From Camelus ferus (Eukaryota), in NCBI RefSeq assembly GCF_009834535.1, contig NC_045701.1:58838001-58902000 (forward strand): a stretch of 64,000 nucleotides of DNA. The letters are read 5' to 3'. The translations under genes were made by a program, and so were the position numbers. Position 1 is the stretch's first letter, and each line of letters begins with the position of its first letter. The notes under the pieces are model-generated. The model worked only from the letters and a program-made list of their open reading frames with translations, searched no databases and was not told the origin of the DNA. Positions 25,335-37,399 of this stretch are shown here, piece by piece.

Positions 25335-25620
25335 TGAGGCAGCTGAGACTGCACTCAACTACAAGTCATGAGAAATCCTACTTTAGAGGGTGTAATTTTC
25401 TTAAGTAAAAGAAGCCTAGGTATAGGGCAGTGTCAGACTGGGACTCATGAAAATCCCAGACTCCTATCTTTCCACAAGGCCTTGTGTAACATACGGTCTC
25501 TTCCTCATGCACACAAGATGGCTGCTGCACCCTTAGACATCATGCCCACATTCCAGGCAGGAAAATGAGGGAAAGGTGAAGGGGAAAAGACAGAACATGC
25601 ACATTAGCTGAAGGCCTTGA
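25335..25620 (-). mobile_element. MLT1J/K-like LTR fragment
   Basis: ctcttcctcatgcacacaagatggctgctgcaccc...catgcccacattccaggcaggaa. Confidence 0.65.
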
Positions 25621-26999
25621 CAGACAACCCAGAGCTAGGCACCCAAGGGAGAAAAAAAATTCAGGGAGGTCAACTAAGTACTGTATTGTATATACATCAA
25701 GACAGACAACAGAGCCAGAGGCTCAAAGTTGGTCAATAAGAACTACTGTAGAGAACTGAGCAGAAGTCCTGTTTGCCAGCTGACCGCATAGTGGATTGAC
25801 AGTGAGGGGCCAAGGTAAGCCTTGTCCTAGAGTGGGGCCAGGGCAGGTGTGCCACTGGGTCCTCACCACACAGCAGCCTGGGGCCTGCTCTACATCTGCA
25901 AGCACAGGCTCTCAAGACATAAAGTCAGCACTTCCTCTGGAAATAGTCATCAGCTCAATGCAGAGAAAAGTCTATGGAAAGGACTAGTTAAATGAACTCT
26001 CACAAGTCCCACTCCATCTCATAGTTTTTAAACCATTAACTCATTTTTGCAACAATAGTACATCAGAGCACCTATGGCTTTAGCAAGCCAAACTGGTGCC
26101 AAGTTCAAAATATTCTCTGGGAAAACTCTGATTGGAAATGCTAAAGCTTATCCTCTGTATGGTCTCATTCATTCACCCATGTCAAGCAAACTTAACGATT
26201 TTTAGGCCAATGACAGGCAACCCTAACAAAAAATAAATATAGAATGCCCACAGTTTAGAATGGCAGCCAAGTTATCTTGGGGATAATTTTATGCTGATAA
26301 GGAAAAGTTACTCAGATTTGTCTTTTGCTTGATTTTCTTGTATACGGTATTTTTGAAATTTTTGTTCTGCAATAGTTAGACTCTGCTACTTTGTTAGAAC
26401 AGCAAAAATGGTAACATTTAAAGCCAAGATTATATATCTCTCGCAACAGTGTGTCCAGACTGTTTTATTTTGCTCAAGACTCAAAAGTCTTGTGCATTAT
26501 TCATTTACTCCAAACAGGGAATGTAATAAATTACTGCAGAGATTCAACCACTTAGAGCAAGACAGCTCATATTTACTCTGAAAAAAATGATTTCTTCTTA
26601 GAGAGCTTTTTTCTTTAAGTTCACTGTCGCAGGCACTGACTCTCTTCCTAATAATGTTTATTCTTTACCCTGCTGCACACTGCACTGTGTATAGCTCCAT
26701 TCTACAACTTGAAACAGAAATAGAATTTTCTCTCTTGATTTTACCTTCTGTGGGTGACAGCTCTGGGAGAACTAAAGAAGAGTGTTTGGGCCCCCCAATA
26801 CAGAGTACAAATCTCCCCTCAGCCCTCAGGAGCCCTCCCTGCCGCTTCCTTGGAGATGGCACTGCGTTGCTCATCCCCTCGACCTCTGGCACTAAAATCT
26901 CTCTCCTGACTTCAAAAATGCCCTCCTGAACCCTATGTACCACTGCAGTTGCCAAGGTCCCTCTACCCCATTCTCTTCACACCAAGATTCTTAGATGGT

Positions 27000-27960
27000 A
27001 ATCTACACCACCTTCACCTCTCCTGTTCCATCGGCCAGTGCTTACTGGGCTGGCACTTCTGCAGAAGGTATCTATGGACACCTACCTTCTCTGTGTCCTT
27101 GTGGGAACACAAAGGTGCTCCATGGTGGCTCTCTGTTCTTGTCCAGTTCTCCATCGTTCAGCCCTTCTCCCATCATTTCACATTCCTCCCTTCCTAGCCC
27201 CGATCCTGTGGTCAGCCTGTTCAATTTCACACCTACTTCTCTTCTTTCTTCCTCTTTTCCTTAATACTGATTCCTAGGCCTGGAAGACTTCCCCCCGCCC
27301 CCCCTCCCCAGCACCACCCGGCCCTTTGTCTATCTACACCCTTCTCCAACCACTCAGGTAATCTGCTCTACACTTTCTGTGTGTTTACCAACCCCGACCT
27401 TCATGCCTTTCCTCGGGCACTACTTCTGCTAGCAGTGCCCCTTCTCCCCACCACCGTGCCCCTTGTGCCACCTGTTCTTAGGCAGAGATATGAAGTACCT
27501 CCGTGTACCTCCCTGATTAATCCCCATATCATTTATTTCACCCAACCTCCCCTAACACAGAGAAGCACAATTTCTCCCTGATGCTTGATGTAGGATCCTT
27601 GTCCCTATTTCTTTTATGATTATCTTTAATGCTACATGCATAATGTTAGAGACTAAGAGGTGCAAACACACACATAACCACACAAGCACATCCAACAGGT
27701 ACTCAAATGATTAATTAATGCTAATTCAGACTTCTTGTAAAGAACACAACAGCCATTCCGTGGGAAGCGGCTACCCACCCCCACCCATCTCCACTAGCAT
27801 CTTGTCCATTTCTCTTAGACCACGTGGTAATGCAGCTCATCGTCTGCCGTCCCCTATCCCCAAGGTACTCCTAGGAAATCAGAATGGAATCAAATTTAGC
27901 TTTGTACCTCCAGCATCTCACATAGTGCCTGACACAGAGTAGGGGCTAATATAAATATGT
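27000..27960 (+). mobile_element. Fragmented L2
   Basis: Pyrimidine-rich L2 body; 3' end tttgtacctccagcatctcacatagtgcctgacacagagtagg...ataaatatg. Confidence 0.5.
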
Positions 27961-28289
27961 ATTACACATAGAAATCAGTTTTGAGATGGAAGACTCAAAC
28001 TAGGTTGTGACCAAAATCCAGGGTAAAATTAAAATCTGGTGGAGGGGGAAGAGAAGTTGTACAATAATAATATTGTGAAAGATTAAACTATAAACTACTC
28101 AGTACTAATAAGGGTTGTTTCATGTGTGTTTTAAAGGCAGATCTCAGCATGATAAACTGTACTTGGTGAACTTACTAAAAAACAGGAGAGGGCATCATAA
28201 CAAATATTTCTGTTTTGAAGGCAATGGTCAAACATAGAGCTCAAGTCCTAATGTATATGCACTCACTTATTCTGAAAATTGCTACTAAG

Positions 28290-28480
28290 TGCCTATAAGT
28301 GACAGGTACCCAGCCAAGCACAAGAGTGATAGTTCCTGTTCTCATGGGACCTCTAGTTAATGTCTACTTAAACAGATAGTAACAAACTGGTAGTAAGGAA
28401 AATGAAAATATAATTGCAAATGGTGCTAAGAGCCATGAAAGAAAAATAAAAAATGTCATAAGGCTATATGCAGGGTGACC
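28290..28480 (-). mobile_element. L2 fragment
   Basis: ttcctgttctcatgggacctctagt...gcaaatggtgctaagagccatgaaagaaaaataaa. Confidence 0.55.
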
Positions 28481-28984
28481 TGGCCAAGATGATGCTTTGG
28501 GGTGGGTGGGTGGTGGCAGGGAATTGGGTGTTTTTTAAAGGCAGAAAAAAAGATGTAACTGGATCAGTTTCTCAAAAAATCCCCAGGTTGCCCTATACTC
28601 TTCTTTTGACTATGTCAAAATAGTCATACATTTCATGAGCCTGACAATGAGGGTGTCCTGAAGAAGGCGATCCTCATGTTTCTTGTTTGTAAAGACAATC
28701 ATGCAACCTTCTTAATAAATATGCCACAATGCCCTTAACCACTTCCTTATTAATGGGCAATTGCTAACACACTAAAACATCTATCTACACATTTATTCTC
28801 TCTTTGATTTGTTTTTCTGTAAGAAAATTTGTAAAGGCTGGGAGTGCTGGTTTAATAGCGTAAGTATTTCCATGCCTCCTGGAACATCCAGCTAGACCAG
28901 GATCTTGCAATGCAAGAGCTTTGTCAGCAGCACATTTCAACATCTTCTCAATTTTTTTTTTCAATACTGTATGTTTGTGCATAG

Positions 28985-29242
28985 TTTTTTTCTTTTACTT
29001 TTTTAACTGAGTTATAGTCAGTTTACAATATTGTGTCAATTTCTAGTGTAGAGCACAATTTTTCAGCTATACATGAACATACATATATTCATGGTCGCAT
29101 TCTTTTTTGCTGTGGGCTACCACATGATCTTGTATATATTTCCCTGTGCTATACAATATAATCTTGTTTATCTATTCTACATATGCCTGTCAGCATCTAC
29201 AAATTTTGAACTCCCAGTCTATCCCTTCCTACCCTCTTCTCC
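28985..29242 (-). mobile_element. Camelid-type L1 3' end, 5'-truncated
   Basis: ttttaactgagttatagtcagtttacaatattgtgtcaatttctagtgtagagcac...tccctgtgctataca...aactcccagtctatcccttcc. Confidence 0.85.
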
Positions 29243-29384
29243 ATTTTTGCTAGTTGAATAGATACAAACTAATGCCTAAATCTTGTCTCTTTACTGTGAT
29301 GTTAAACAGTTTTCAAAATTGATTTACTGGGTTTTTTCTTTCATGTCATTTTGAACAGATTATTTACCTTCCCTATGCTTAATG

Positions 29385-29520
29385 TTCCTCATATGCTTAA
29401 CAGTCATAATAACAATACTCATTTCTGCAGTGTTGTTTAAGAACTAAATGAAATAATGTTCTTAAAATGCCAAACCCAGTATCTGGGATGTAGCAAACAT
29501 TGAACAGATGTCAACTATTA
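29385..29520 (+). mobile_element. MIR fragment
   Basis: gttgtttaagaactaaatgaaataatg...gtagcaaacattgaacagatgtcaactatta. Confidence 0.55.
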
Positions 29521-30884
29521 TGTTTATTTATCCATTATCAGTTTAGCTCTTTTAGATTTGTAAGTACTCATATTATGTTTTAGGTAATAAACATCAACCT
29601 GGCAAAAGGATTGAAAGTAATTTCTCCCATCCTACCATTTTCTTTAGTATCTTAATTTTGCTTGTTCTTTTTGTATAGAAGTCTTTATAAAATACATTTT
29701 GAGGGAGGGTCCACGGACTTCTACTATTGCAGCTTTATTTTCTGGATTCTATGACACCTTATTTTGATGGTTTAAATTTATGGGGGTGGGAGTGGGAGTA
29801 GAGAGTTCACTCCTTGGTTCATAATCATTTCCTAAAATTGCCCAAAATCTGAATTTGAGAAAAGTAAGATGCTGTAGAGCATTTATTGTGCAGATGTTTA
29901 TATTTGTGGTGACTTTTGAAATTTGTTGTTCAAGAAATCCTCCCCTTGCTTCCATCGGCCAGGCAACCCCTGAGGGAAGATGTGGTGACTGTCCCCTTGC
30001 TGAAGTCCTTCCCTTTAATCTGAGTAGCTGATTTTTTTCAAAATATACTCTTAGGAACTGCAGCAACCAAAAGTTTTGGCAAGCAACTAGCTGAAAAAGC
30101 CACTGTACTGCATTTAATTTTTTAATTTTTTATTCACCAACTGAGAAGTCTGGATCCTCAACTTCAAGACTACAATTGTTAGAATTGTCATGATGTATAA
30201 AATTCCTGATTTCATTAAGACTTATTCAAGGAAAGGTGACAAAACTCCCCCAAAATCCTATGTGCCCTAAGCATACCACGCACTCTTCCTATGACCACTT
30301 GCTTCCTGTCTTTCAGCTTTGATAGGGAAGGGCTTTGGAGAGCTACCTACAGCCTAACCTTCCACCTCCTCTGCTCCAGCCACGTGGTCCGACTTTGACC
30401 CCCACCCTCCTCAGTCAAACAAGTGCAAGACTCAGAGTAAAGACTCTGTCACTCAGTTACTGTGTAATGCGTGGCAGTCACTTGACCCCTCTCAGCCTCA
30501 GAGAGTAGTAAAACGGAGATGAGAATAATGATACTGACCATGCCTATCTCAAACAGCTGTAGTGAGGAGCAGATGCTAGAAGCATGCCTATTTTTTTTAT
30601 GCCAGATTTGACCCCAAACAAGAAGTCAGCATCTGGAAGCCCCTTAAAAAATTAAAAGAGGTTTCTGTTTCAGAAGGCAGATGGCACATTAGAAGTTTCA
30701 TTCTGCTGGTGGCCTGGGCTATTTCCAGATGTCTGGCCCAAATCCTAATCCTAAACTGGGTTCCCAAAGCTTTGTGGCTTCCTACCTTGGGCTGCCTGTC
30801 CTGCTGTTGTTCTGTTTGCTTGCCTGGTTCCTGGTCTTTGATCTCAGATTTTGGTGACGCTTTGTCTGCTCTCCTGCTTCAGTT

Positions 30885-31105
30885 TAGGGTTTCTTAACCT
30901 CAGCACCACTGACATTTTGGGCCAGATAATCCTGTGTTGTTAAGGGCCGTCCTATGTATTATAGAATGTTTGGCAACGTCCCTGGTCTCTGTCCACTAGA
31001 TGCCAAAGCACCCCTGAGTCATGTTGATCAAATATGTCTCCAGACATTGACAAATGTTCCCTGGGAAGAAAATTGTTCCCCCATGCCCTGCTGAGAATGT
31101 TAGTT
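30885..31105 (-). mobile_element. MER20 hAT-Charlie MITE
   Basis: agggtttcttaacctcagcaccactgacattttgggccagataat...ccctggtctctgtccactagatgcc...tgtctccagacattgacaaatgttccctggg. Confidence 0.92.
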
Positions 31106-32009
31106 AACTGTCTTAAACTTGACCTCCGGCTACCTGATCTACGACCCTTGCTTGCCCGAATACATTTTAGGCATTGTCCTTGTTCTCTTCCTCGCTTTCC
31201 CTACTATCAAAAGCCTGGAGTACCCAGTAAAATGCTCTAACTCAGAGCGAGCTGCTGTAAAATAATAATAAAATAGTTAAAATGCGTTTTCTGCTTTTCC
31301 AAAGCTGTGTCAGCCTGAGTGGGAGCTGCCTGCTCTGCAGCGCACAGTGTGAGAAGAATACAGCCTTGTCGCATCTGGGCCTTCTGCGCTCCAGCAGCAC
31401 TGCTGCTCTGAGGCCAGCCAGTGAGTGCTCATCAAAGCATGAGTGCACACAAAGCACAACAGGCCGTGGAACAAGGTTATCATGTGCTCTTAGAGCTACA
31501 AAGAATTTTAGAGTTTTCCTGCCTCAGTGCCCCATCTTACCCTCAATTCTACAGAAAAGGTAAAACAGAGGTCTGCAGAGGCTAAATGGCATGCCCAGTG
31601 TCACAATGCTACTTAGCAAGTGAATTCAGACCAGAAGCCTGTAACACTTCACATGCCACTCATTCCAGACTGGGTGGAATTAAGCACCCAGCAAGTTATG
31701 GTACCCATTACCAGTATCCTAGTTCACACATTTCATTATTTAGCACTGGTTTTTCTATTTGCACCTGCCTGTTCTGCACTATTAAACACATCATAGTATA
31801 CTTACATTTCCCTACTAAACAAAATAAAAAAGAGAAGTTGATGAAAAAGCGTTAAACCACAATATCAGGAGATAAGAAAAGCAATAACAAAAAGAGAGGA
31901 GAGAAGGTGGAGGGAAAGGAGAGACACAAACTTATGAGCACAAACTGAACACTTTTAACTAATAATCTCGGTTGTTTCTCAACACAATCCTACAATGTAC
32001 ATTTGAATA

Positions 32010-32220
32010 TTGGCTCCACCACTAAACACACCACTGAACAACTAGGTGATTTTTGGCAAGTTACTTAAACTCTCTGTGCCTCAGCTTTCTCATCTGTAAA
32101 ATGGGCATAACAATAGAACTTACCTCTCTATATGGTTATGGGATTAAATGACAGTGTACATAAAGTGTTCAGCACAGTGGCTGGCACACAGTAAGCATTT
32201 CATAACTGTCAGTAATTACT
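32010..32220 (+). mobile_element. MIR SINE
   Basis: ggcaagttacttaaactctctgtgcctcagctttctcatctgtaaaatggg...cagcacagtggctggcacacagtaagc. Confidence 0.9.
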
Positions 32221-32519
32221 GCTCTGTATTCTAGCAATTCTGTGTCTTTTTCACCTCCATATTCAGACTCCCATGTTTACAATACCAGTCTGGCCATATA
32301 ACCATAATTCTGAGTCACTCATTAGAAGCCCCTGAGTTCCTTCCAGACTTTGCATTGGCTAATGGATCCTGGTGACAAGTGACAAGACAAAACTCACAGG
32401 GAGAAACTCTCTGCTTTACAGTGGCCCACACTTGCTGAATAAATGTCTCTAAGCCAGAAATTCAAAATTCAGAGATGAATAAAATACAAGATTTCCCCAC
32501 AAGCAGTTCACAGTCTTTG

Positions 32520-32800
32520 GTACAACAAATGTTTCTTGAACCCCTACTCTATGTTGGGGTCTATACCAGGCCCTGAGAATACCATGGAGGAAGGACAGAC
32601 AGACCCCTGATTTCATGGTTATTACATTCAAATGACAATATACAAATAAGAAAAACACAAAATCAGCTAGTGATGATTCCAAAGAAGAAAATAAAACAGA
32701 CTTGACTGATAGGGAGTGATGGGGGTGGTACATGGTATTTAGAGTGGGTGGTCAGGGAGGGTCCCTCTGAGGAAGTAGTGTTCCAGCTGGTGTCTGGTTG
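32520..32800 (-). mobile_element. L2 3' fragment
   Basis: caacaaatgtttcttgaacccctactct...tttagagtgggtggtcagggagggtccctctgaggaagt. Confidence 0.7.
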
Positions 32801-33830
32801 ATAAGAAGCATCCAGCCCAGTGAGGGTATGGGGGACACTAAATGGGTCTACAGCCAACAAGGACATGCACATGTGTGGTTCTGACTGCAGTTTCCTTCTT
32901 TGCATGACTTGAGTTCATCTTCTCCCTGGACCTGCCCTCCTGTTGGCTGTCATAGCAACCTGGGCAGACCATTTGATCTTGCCCACCCAGTCACTCATCA
33001 GCCCACTCTCTGTGCATACCTCATCCTAGCAACTAGTCATGGAAACATTACTGAGAGAACAATGGGCTTCATAACTCTTTACATCAGCTCCAAGGACTAC
33101 TCAGCTGCAACTGAGAGTAAATCAGGCAGCCTTGTCCCACAGGGATTCTTGGTCCCTGACTACCCTGCAGAAATGATACACTCAGGCCTTCTCAAACCGG
33201 TTCCTACCTTGCTTTCAACAAAAGTCTCAGGTCAGCCTAGCCGAGTGACCCGTAATAGCCCCGTCTGATGCCAAGCAGCATTCTACTTTACTCGCCCGTA
33301 CTCAGACTTCCCTGTACTTTCCTTCTGCATATATTTGCCTTTGAGATAAGTCTTTTGATTTCAGATATTTCTGTAAGACTTAACCTTCAGAAGCTGCAGC
33401 CTGTGTACGGTTTGTTTCCACTTATCTGTGGTATATAACTTAAATTCTCCCGTGCAAGCAAATGAACAGGATACTTCCATGCCTAATGAGCCATGTAGGA
33501 CCAAAATAAGTTACCACCCTATTTATCTCCCAGGAAATGAGTTCAGGGGAGACTTGTTTCCTTTTCTTTCTTTTTTTTTTTTTTTACTTTGCCTCACATT
33601 GGATTGTAGCTTGGCAAATGCAATCTTACATATTTAATTATAATTCAGAATCATTTCTCTGGACACAGACATTTTGTGTATCTTTGCCATCATTTCCTGA
33701 AGACCTTCAAATATTTGTCCTTGGTTTTTATTCTAAAAGGAGAGGTAAAGAATTAAACAAATATGATCAAGTCTACCCCAAGATCCAATTATTCTCTCAG
33801 TATTGAAGTATTGGGTTGAGTATATGTTTA

Positions 33831-33892
33831 GGGGAGAGGGGGGTGGGGGGAAGAGAGAGAGAAAGAGAGAGAGAGAGAAAGACAGAGACAGA
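33831..33892. repeat. G-rich plus (GA)n polypurine tract
   Basis: ggggagagggggg...aagagagagagaaagagagagagagagaaagacagagacag. Confidence 0.9.
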
Positions 33893-35074
33893 CTGGCTGT
33901 AATACCTAAACATAAGGCAGAGATTCCGTTCTGACTAGTCTGACTTTCCCTGGAGTGCTGTGCTCATTTCTGGACTGGACAAAGCCCACCTTAAGAGGAT
34001 TGTAGAGGGCACTGGATGGGAGCATGGAAGGAAGATGACAGAGGTCTGAAGGAAGAGATTGGTGAGGATGAGCGGGTATTATGTGGCCTGGAGGGAAGGC
34101 TGCAGAACATCTATTTACATACCAGCAGCAGAGTAACTGCAAACCATCTTAAAACCAGATGCCAGTGGTCTAATTATCTCCCAGTTTTGGTCTCAGGCAA
34201 TGGCTTACTACAGATGCAGCTACACAAGCGTCCTCATCCTGAAACAACTGGCCCTGCTGCTTGCTGCTACATCACAGGGATAAATGCACTGCTGACTGCA
34301 ACTGACAGGGGATTTCTCACCCCCACAGCCCAGGTAAATGGTTACAAAAATCTAACAGTAGAGGAGGGTGAAGTATTATGATTTCAGTATGAGAATCTTG
34401 ACTCTAAAGAGACATATGCTCACAACCAAATTTTCTAAAGCCTTGAAAATCTATAAGCAACAAGGAACCAAAGTGGCCTATAAAAGGTACAAGGCGGAAT
34501 CCTATGCCTAACGGAGTAAAGCTGGATAGCTAAGCGCCTTATCTCTGCCTGCCCCGCTCCCGCCAAATATTAAATTTTTCAGCCTCTCAGGCTTTCACCG
34601 TATCTCTGGTTGATCTCATACCTCCATGTTGAAGCAGCTGGATAATGATGAAGTTTAGGATGTTTAGCCCTTTTTAGGTGCCCAAATGAGCTTGTTATTT
34701 CCCATCTTTTCTACTCAAGAGGCCAGCACCTGCATAGCAATCCGCCATTCATTTAATAACAAACATTTTAAAGCGGCTTCTATACACACAGTACTGTCTC
34801 GGGAGGGATTCAAAGATCAATCACACGTGCTCTCTTAGGGAGCTTGTGATCTGGCAGAAGGAGAATAAAGATATGCATGAGTGACGACAACACAGGGAAA
34901 AACATTCTATTTGGTAAAAGAGAGGCTGTCAAAATGTGATGAAAGTTTGGAATAGTTTTATATCCTTACAGTCAAGTATCCATTATAAAAAAGAAAGAAA
35001 GAAAAATCTCCATCAGTGAAAACAGAACAGGTAATGCTGAACTAACCCCCAAACCTCAGTGACTTAGAGCTGCA

Positions 35075-35190
35075 CTTTACGGTTATGTAAGATAGAACCA
35101 TTGGGGGAAACTGGGTGAAGGGTAGGAGGAACTTCTTGGTACTATTTTTGCAACTTCCTGTAAATCTAAAGTTACTGCAATATGAAAAGA
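35075..35190 (+). mobile_element. L1MB/MC 3' terminal fragment
   Basis: accattgggggaaactgggtgaagggt...ctatttttgcaacttcctgtaaatctaaa. Confidence 0.8.
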
Positions 35191-36239
35191 ACAAATAAAC
35201 AAAGAGACAGGTGAGCGAGGGGGTTCAGAACATTTCATTTCTTGCTCATGCTACTTGTTCAGGCGGGTTGGCTGTGCTCTGCAGTCCTCACCCACCAACA
35301 GGCTGAGGGAGGCTCCACCTCTGTGCCTCCAGGAAGCAAGAGAAACAAACCATGAAGCAAACCTGGCTCTTACAACTTGCACTCTGAAGAGGAACACACT
35401 TCTTTTCGGGTTCCATTGCCCAGAGCAAATCACACAGACATACCCAAATTCTAGGGGACAGGGATTGTCACCAGAGGAAAGCCAGAAGTACTCGGCAAGT
35501 GGCATTACTATACCAAGACACAAACTGTCATTGGGCATTGGTTTTTGAAGCGTTTTCTATGAAAAATACTCACAGGTATTTTTGGCATGTGTTCAGCCCT
35601 GAGTGCGATTTTCTTGTAACAACAGAATAAATTCTGAAATGATTTTAACTGGAATACAGCCACCCAAACTGGTCAGCGACAGGACGAGCAAGTGTGAAGC
35701 CCTCTCTGTGTGTTATAACATCATAACACTGCTGTTATGATGCCTTCCTGAAAGCTTTAGAGAGAAGCTGGATCAATGTGGTAATGCCAGCTGGAAAGCA
35801 AGCCCAGTCACACCGGATCTGAGTCTGAATTTTAAAGTGGCTCAACATCGTCAGTGCCAACATTAATGATGTTTCATGCTGACTCGGCAAGTGCACACTG
35901 TAAGGAAATGATCAAACAGCAAGCAGCAGTGAGACCAGCCCAACCCTCTCACTCATGGAGTCGGCAATGCTAGGACCTGCTTTAAAGTCAAGGAAGCTCA
36001 GGGATTCCTCAGGCTCAGGCAGCGATAAGCCCAGGGCACAGTGACTACAGTCAGGTAGCAGGGCCAGCATCATGGGAAAGAACCCAGGACAGGGAGACAG
36101 GTGCCTGAGAATAAGCCTCAGCTCTACCTACTAGAGATTGTGTGCCTCCAAGCAAATCACTTACTCTCTTCCAGTCTCCTTTCTTTGTCTTTAAAATCAG
36201 AGGATTGCACCCAGATCATCTCTGAGCCCCTTCCTAATT

Positions 36240-36450
36240 CAGAGCCAGATCACCTGTGTTTGAATAACAACTCTGTCCCCAGCAGTGTGACCTCAGCAAG
36301 TGCTTAGCTTCTCTGTGCCTCAATTTTCTGTAAAATGAGGATAGTAAACGACCTAGCTCACAGCAAGGTTATAATGAATCAATGAATTAATATATACAAG
36401 GCCCTTAGAACAGGGCCTGGCCTGTAGTAATGGCTAAATAACTATTATCT
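36240..36450 (+). mobile_element. MIR SINE
   Basis: tgtgacctcagcaagtgcttagcttctctgtgcctcaattttctgtaaaatgaggatag...cttagaacagggcctggc. Confidence 0.8.
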
Positions 36451-37399
36451 ATTATTATCATTATTACTATTATTAATCAAAATGGAAGACACAGAAGCAA
36501 CCCTGAGAACTCTCAGTTCTGTGTCCTGGACCAAATCACAAAAAAAGATACAAGTATGTTTTAGATCAGTTTCCCAATGAGCATGGGTTTAAAGATAAAA
36601 GGGTGGGTTATAAATCAAAAGAAAAAGTGTTAAATTATTACTTTGCTAGCCTCTTGACATTAGAAAAAAAATCCAATCCTCTTCCCCTACACTTGAAAGT
36701 AGGGCCACATTGCCTCAACCTAGCCAGCACTCCGCCTTATTCACCTCTCACCCTCTGGGGCCCAGAAGATGCTCTCACTAGTCAAGGTCTTTAGAGGTAA
36801 CATTTCCCCAGTGTTCACACTGATGATCTCTGAATGCCCTGGTAAATGTGACTAAGACTCCAGACCACGGTCTGGTGAGAGTCGTGGTACATGCCAAGCA
36901 CCTGAAGACCAGAAAAGGGAAAATTACAACCTGAAGTTAGGGTTACAAGGATCTGAAAAGGGTCCTTATATTTACCTATAAATATAATTAAATTCATATT
37001 TTTATAAATATAAAAAGATTGATAGGTTTATAAAGATAAAAATATTTGTTCTTTAATTATGAATAACATGACTATTTATAGTTATCTGTAATAAAGTATA
37101 GACAATTTATTTATCTTATTTCTTCTTATTTATCTATGAATTCTGAGCCCATAAATGGTCACTGAACCCACTTCCTTACTTTTCCCCCCTCTCCCCTTAG
37201 AGCAGAAGGAGTCAAGAAAAGAACTATACAGAGCAAATGAGGACTGTACTCTAAAAAGATCACACATCAGGAAGTGTCTTCGTAACCGAGGTACACAGAG
37301 CATGTCTGAAAGAGAACATGACAAAGGGCCTCAGGAGGAAAATAAATGATAAGACACATCTGGGTAACTACCAAACTGAAGCTTGAACAAATATTTCCC

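Noticed and set aside
28630-28685. Minus-strand KHEDRLLQDTLIVRLMK, resembling the cullin C-terminal EDR...AAIVRIMK
   Set aside because: Stop codon soon after, no neddylation-domain continuation and no splice support.
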